Assembly (NCBI GenBank): GCA_963668025.2
Contig: CAXXTH010000017.1
Span: 768,001 to 832,000, forward strand
Direction: 5' to 3'
Length of the DNA: 64,000 bases
Origin: Candidatus Hydrogenedentota bacterium
Lineage (GTDB): Bacteria; Hydrogenedentota; Hydrogenedentia; Hydrogenedentales; SLHB01
The notes under the pieces are model-generated. The model saw only the letters and a list, made by a program, of their open reading frames with translations, was not told the origin of the DNA and did not search any database. Shown one piece after another: positions 61,138 through 64,000 of the stretch. The stretch's first letter is position 1. The number at the start of each line of letters is the position of its first letter. The position numbers and the translations under genes are program-made.

Positions 61138-61326
61138 TCAGCGCACCGCGACCAGGCAAACGCCTAATTCCTCTTCGAGCTGCTGAAGCTCTTCGAGCAT
61201 ATCGGCCGTGATGGGCGCGCTCGCCACTTCCATGTCTTTCATCGCCAGTAAGCGGACGCCCGCCGCTTGTTCGAACCGCTGCACCACTGACAATTGCGAT
61301 GGATCCAGTTGGGCTAATACAAACAT
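61138..61326 (-). CDS. 62-aa hypothetical protein with internal duplication
   Basis: AAGGAGG RBS; two similar halves ending GVRLLA and GVCLVA. Confidence 0.7.
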   Translation of the reverse strand: MFVLAQLDPSQLSVVQRFEQAAGVRLLAMKDMEVASAPITADMLEELQQLEEELGVCLVAVR

Positions 61327-61353
61327 GGCGGCATCCTCCTTTTTTGTTCGCGG

Positions 61354-63255
61354 TCACGTCCCTGGCGGATTGCCGGGCGTGCGCTTGGGCACTTTCAGTT
61401 TGCTCCCTGTTCGCAAGATACTGTCTTCATTCATGCCATTCAATGTAGTCAGTTCACGTACCGAAATGCCATATTGCCGCGCCAAGCTGAATAAGGTTTC
61501 GCCGGACGCCACGATGTGGATATCCGTATCCTGAGCCGATACGGAGGGGGGGGGCGGGGGAGCAGGCCCTGGCTCCGGAGTGGGCGTAGGGGCGGGAGCC
61601 GGCGCTGGCGCTGGCGCGGGTGGGGTTTCTACATGCGGCGGCTCAGCAGGCGCGGATTCGGGAGCCGCCACCCTTAAAACTTGGCCAATCCGCACATTCG
61701 TATCCTTGAGCTGATTCCAATCGAGCAAGTTTTGCACTTTAACCTTATACCGGGCGGCAATGCCGCCGAGATGCTCGCCCGCCTGCACGGTATGCGAGGT
61801 GGCATTAGCGGGAGGCGCGGACGCGGGAGCTGGTGTGGGGGCGGGCGGCGGCGCGGCCTCGACGGCAGGCAGGGCATGGGCGGGCGCGATGGCCACTTGC
61901 GGCATGGCGGGCAGCGGCCCCGGCAACGGTTTCGGATTGCGCAGCCAGGCCTGCCAGGCATCGAGCCGCTTCATGCTTTCCTGCAATTGGGCGCGCGGAA
62001 TGCCGCCCTCGTTCACGGCCTTCTCGATGGCCTGGCACAAGCCGCGCACGCGATCAGGATTGCGCTCCACGAGGATAAATGCGTCATTGCCCGCCTCGAG
62101 CGCCTCGACGGCGGCCTCTTCCACTGGGCGTTCATTGGTGACGGCTTTCATGCTGATATCATCGCTCAGAATGACCCCCTGGTAGTCCCATCGCGCACGC
62201 AAGAAGCCATCCAGAATGGGGCGTGACAGTGAAGCGGGCTCTTTGGGATTGTCGGGATTCAGGGACGGCACGGCGATATGGCCCACCATGACGCCGGGAA
62301 TGCCCGCCGCCACGGCGTCGCTGAATGGCAGCATGATATCCGCCATGCCGCTTTTATTGCGCGCCAATACGGCGATAGTCTCATGGGAATCCTCGAGCGT
62401 CGAGCCATGGCCAGGGAAATGCTTCACCACCGAGAGTACGCCCCCATCCATGAGGCCGCTCGAAAACGCAAGGCCCATGGCCGAAACAATGCGGCTGTCG
62501 CTGCTGAAGCACCGTTCTTTGATGCGTTCATTGCCCCCTTCATCATACACGTCCAGCACAGGCGCGAAAACGACGCCGATGCCGATGGCGTGGCAGGCAT
62601 CGGCATAGATGCGGGCCACCGCCCGGGCTTTTTCGATATCCGCCAGCGCGCCTAATTGCCATGCGCCAGGCGCATCCTTGATGTTTAGTCGATTGACCGG
62701 ACCGCCTTCTTGATCAATGGCGATAAGCGGCAAATCGCCTATGCCCTCGCCCAGCCCCACGGCCGCCTTGATATCCTTAATCAACGCGCCCGCCTGCTTT
62801 TCCGACTGGAAATTCTCCGCGAGCAGCACCACGCCGCCGGGCTTGATTTCACCCAGCAGCGCCCGCGTTGCGCTATCCAGCGCCACGCCATCGATTGACA
62901 GAAACAAATGCCGTCCTGGCCAAACATCTGCTTCTTCTTCCAGCGGCTCCACTACGGGCGCAGGTTGGCTGGCGCTCGTTTCGGACGGCGCGGCGGCTGG
63001 GGTTTCGGGAGCAGGAACGGAAGGCGGCGCGGCCAAATCCGGTGTGGTGGGCGTTGGGGGCGTTTCGGGCGCAGGAGCCGCAGGCTCCGTTGCCGCTACT
63101 TCGATGGGTGCGGTTGTGTTGTCACGAAGCGGCATCTGCCGCTCCCCCCACAACATGTAGCCAATAATGACGCCGCCCGCCAAGCCAAACAAAAATAATC
63201 CGCCTGACACGGCATACCAAAGCAAGCTCCATGTGGATTTATGCGCTTCCGGCAC
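61354..63255 (-). CDS. Membrane-anchored GH3 beta-N-acetylhexosaminidase (NagZ-like) with two LysM domains
   Basis: DQEGG, KHFPGHG....DSH, SDD; LysM HTVQAGEHL and HIVASGETL; N-terminal TM. Confidence 0.9.
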   Translation of the reverse strand: MPEAHKSTWSLLWYAVSGGLFLFGLAGGVIIGYMLWGERQMPLRDNTTAPIEVAATEPAAPAPETPPTPTTPDLAAPPSVPAPETPAAAPSETSASQPAPVVEPLEEEADVWPGRHLFLSIDGVALDSATRALLGEIKPGGVVLLAENFQSEKQAGALIKDIKAAVGLGEGIGDLPLIAIDQEGGPVNRLNIKDAPGAWQLGALADIEKARAVARIYADACHAIGIGVVFAPVLDVYDEGGNERIKERCFSSDSRIVSAMGLAFSSGLMDGGVLSVVKHFPGHGSTLEDSHETIAVLARNKSGMADIMLPFSDAVAAGIPGVMVGHIAVPSLNPDNPKEPASLSRPILDGFLRARWDYQGVILSDDISMKAVTNERPVEEAAVEALEAGNDAFILVERNPDRVRGLCQAIEKAVNEGGIPRAQLQESMKRLDAWQAWLRNPKPLPGPLPAMPQVAIAPAHALPAVEAAPPPAPTPAPASAPPANATSHTVQAGEHLGGIAARYKVKVQNLLDWNQLKDTNVRIGQVLRVAAPESAPAEPPHVETPPAPAPAPAPAPTPTPEPGPAPPPPPSVSAQDTDIHIVASGETLFSLARQYGISVRELTTLNGMNEDSILRTGSKLKVPKRTPGNPPGT

Positions 63256-63402
63256 TGATATGGCTCCCCTCTGCCTGCAACCTATCCCGCATTTCGGAAC
63301 CGCACGGCGAATGGCTTCCGAAAAAGAGTATACCCGTCCAATGTGCTTGCCTACCTTAGCATAGGAGCATGCGGGCTTTCACACGGCGCGGCGCGATGGA
63401 AT

Positions 63403-64000
63403 CTACTCGAGAACATGCAATGGGCCTTCATCGGCTGTTTGGTTCTGATGCCAGGCATATGCGGTTACTGGATGCAAGAGTGAATATCCAAGGCGCTGGT
63501 ACAGGCGCAGCGCGGGATTGGCGGCCGTGACGCCTAATGCGGCCCGGAACATGCCTGCCCTGCGAAACCATTCCGCCTGTTCACATAGCAGTTGCCCGCC
63601 GATGCCTTGGCCTTGAAATTCCGGCCGGACAACGGCTTGCAAGACGAATCCTATTCCCGGCGCGATTTCACATCCAAAAACGGCTCCCGCCGCCTGGTCT
63701 TCCCGGCGTATCATTCTGCAGAAGCTGGCGTCCGCCGGGCCGTATCTTCCCAATAAAGCGCCTTCGACAAATTGGAGGGCGGATTCCGCGCTGGACACTT
63801 CCCGGTGTAAAATGCGGTCCATATGGTTCTGATATGCTTCCGAGATGAGTGAGGCGACATCCTTCCAGTCGCGGCGGGTGATAGGCTTGCTTTGTATCCG
63901 CTTGGGAGCAGCCAACGCCAGCGAGTCCAGGCTGGCCTGCATGAGCAGGCGCGGCACGGCATGGAAATGGAGCACCGCCGCGCAAGCATCAAGATCGAGA
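63403..64000 (-). CDS. GNAT acetyltransferase (5' end probably outside window)
   Basis: VRPEFQGQGIG, NPALRLYQRLGY. Confidence 0.85.
   Translation of the reverse strand, partial: LDLDACAAVLHFHAVPRLLMQASLDSLALAAPKRIQSKPITRRDWKDVASLISEAYQNHMDRILHREVSSAESALQFVEGALLGRYGPADASFCRMIRREDQAAGAVFGCEIAPGIGFVLQAVVRPEFQGQGIGGQLLCEQAEWFRRAGMFRAALGVTAANPALRLYQRLGYSLLHPVTAYAWHQNQTADEGPLHVLE

Noticed and set aside
61530-61880. G-rich tandem repeats
   Set aside because: They encode the Pro/Ala linkers of the NagZ-LysM protein.
1-64000. CRISPR array, rRNA or tRNA genes
   Set aside because: No regularly spaced repeat-spacer array, cas gene, rRNA or tRNA cloverleaf was recognised by eye.

Overview
GC-rich bacterial chromosomal window. 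A DUF1559/H-X9-DG prepilin-like gene and the overall gene content suggest Candidatus Hydrogenedentota or another PVC-like lineage (inference). The housekeeping backbone is rpsB-tsf-pyrH-frr, uppS-cdsA-prfB-lysS, pgsA-alr, fhs, metG, two pilT paralogues, LPS glycosyltransferases, sugar catabolism genes and an RDD/DUF4129/DUF4350 membrane operon. Accessory cargo is interspersed: an AAA_21+DUF4276 pair inside prfB-lysS, a REP-flanked Y1 (IS200-like) transposase, a low-GC islet with an AbiL/RloAB-like pair, a MntA-HepT toxin-antitoxin pair, an orphan methyltransferase, several families of short intergenic palindromic repeats and unannotated small peptides. The strongest signal is three intact insertion sequences, each with terminal IRs and a 9-10 bp target duplication. 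They carry three different DDE transposases (ISAs1, an ISAs1/IS4-clan-like enzyme, ISKra4). Each also carries a homologous ~100-120 aa DUF6788-like ORF behind a sigma70-like promoter that overlaps or abuts a long palindrome. This suggests a portable regulatory or accessory module shared across IS families. All family assignments are by motif recognition only; no database searches were run.
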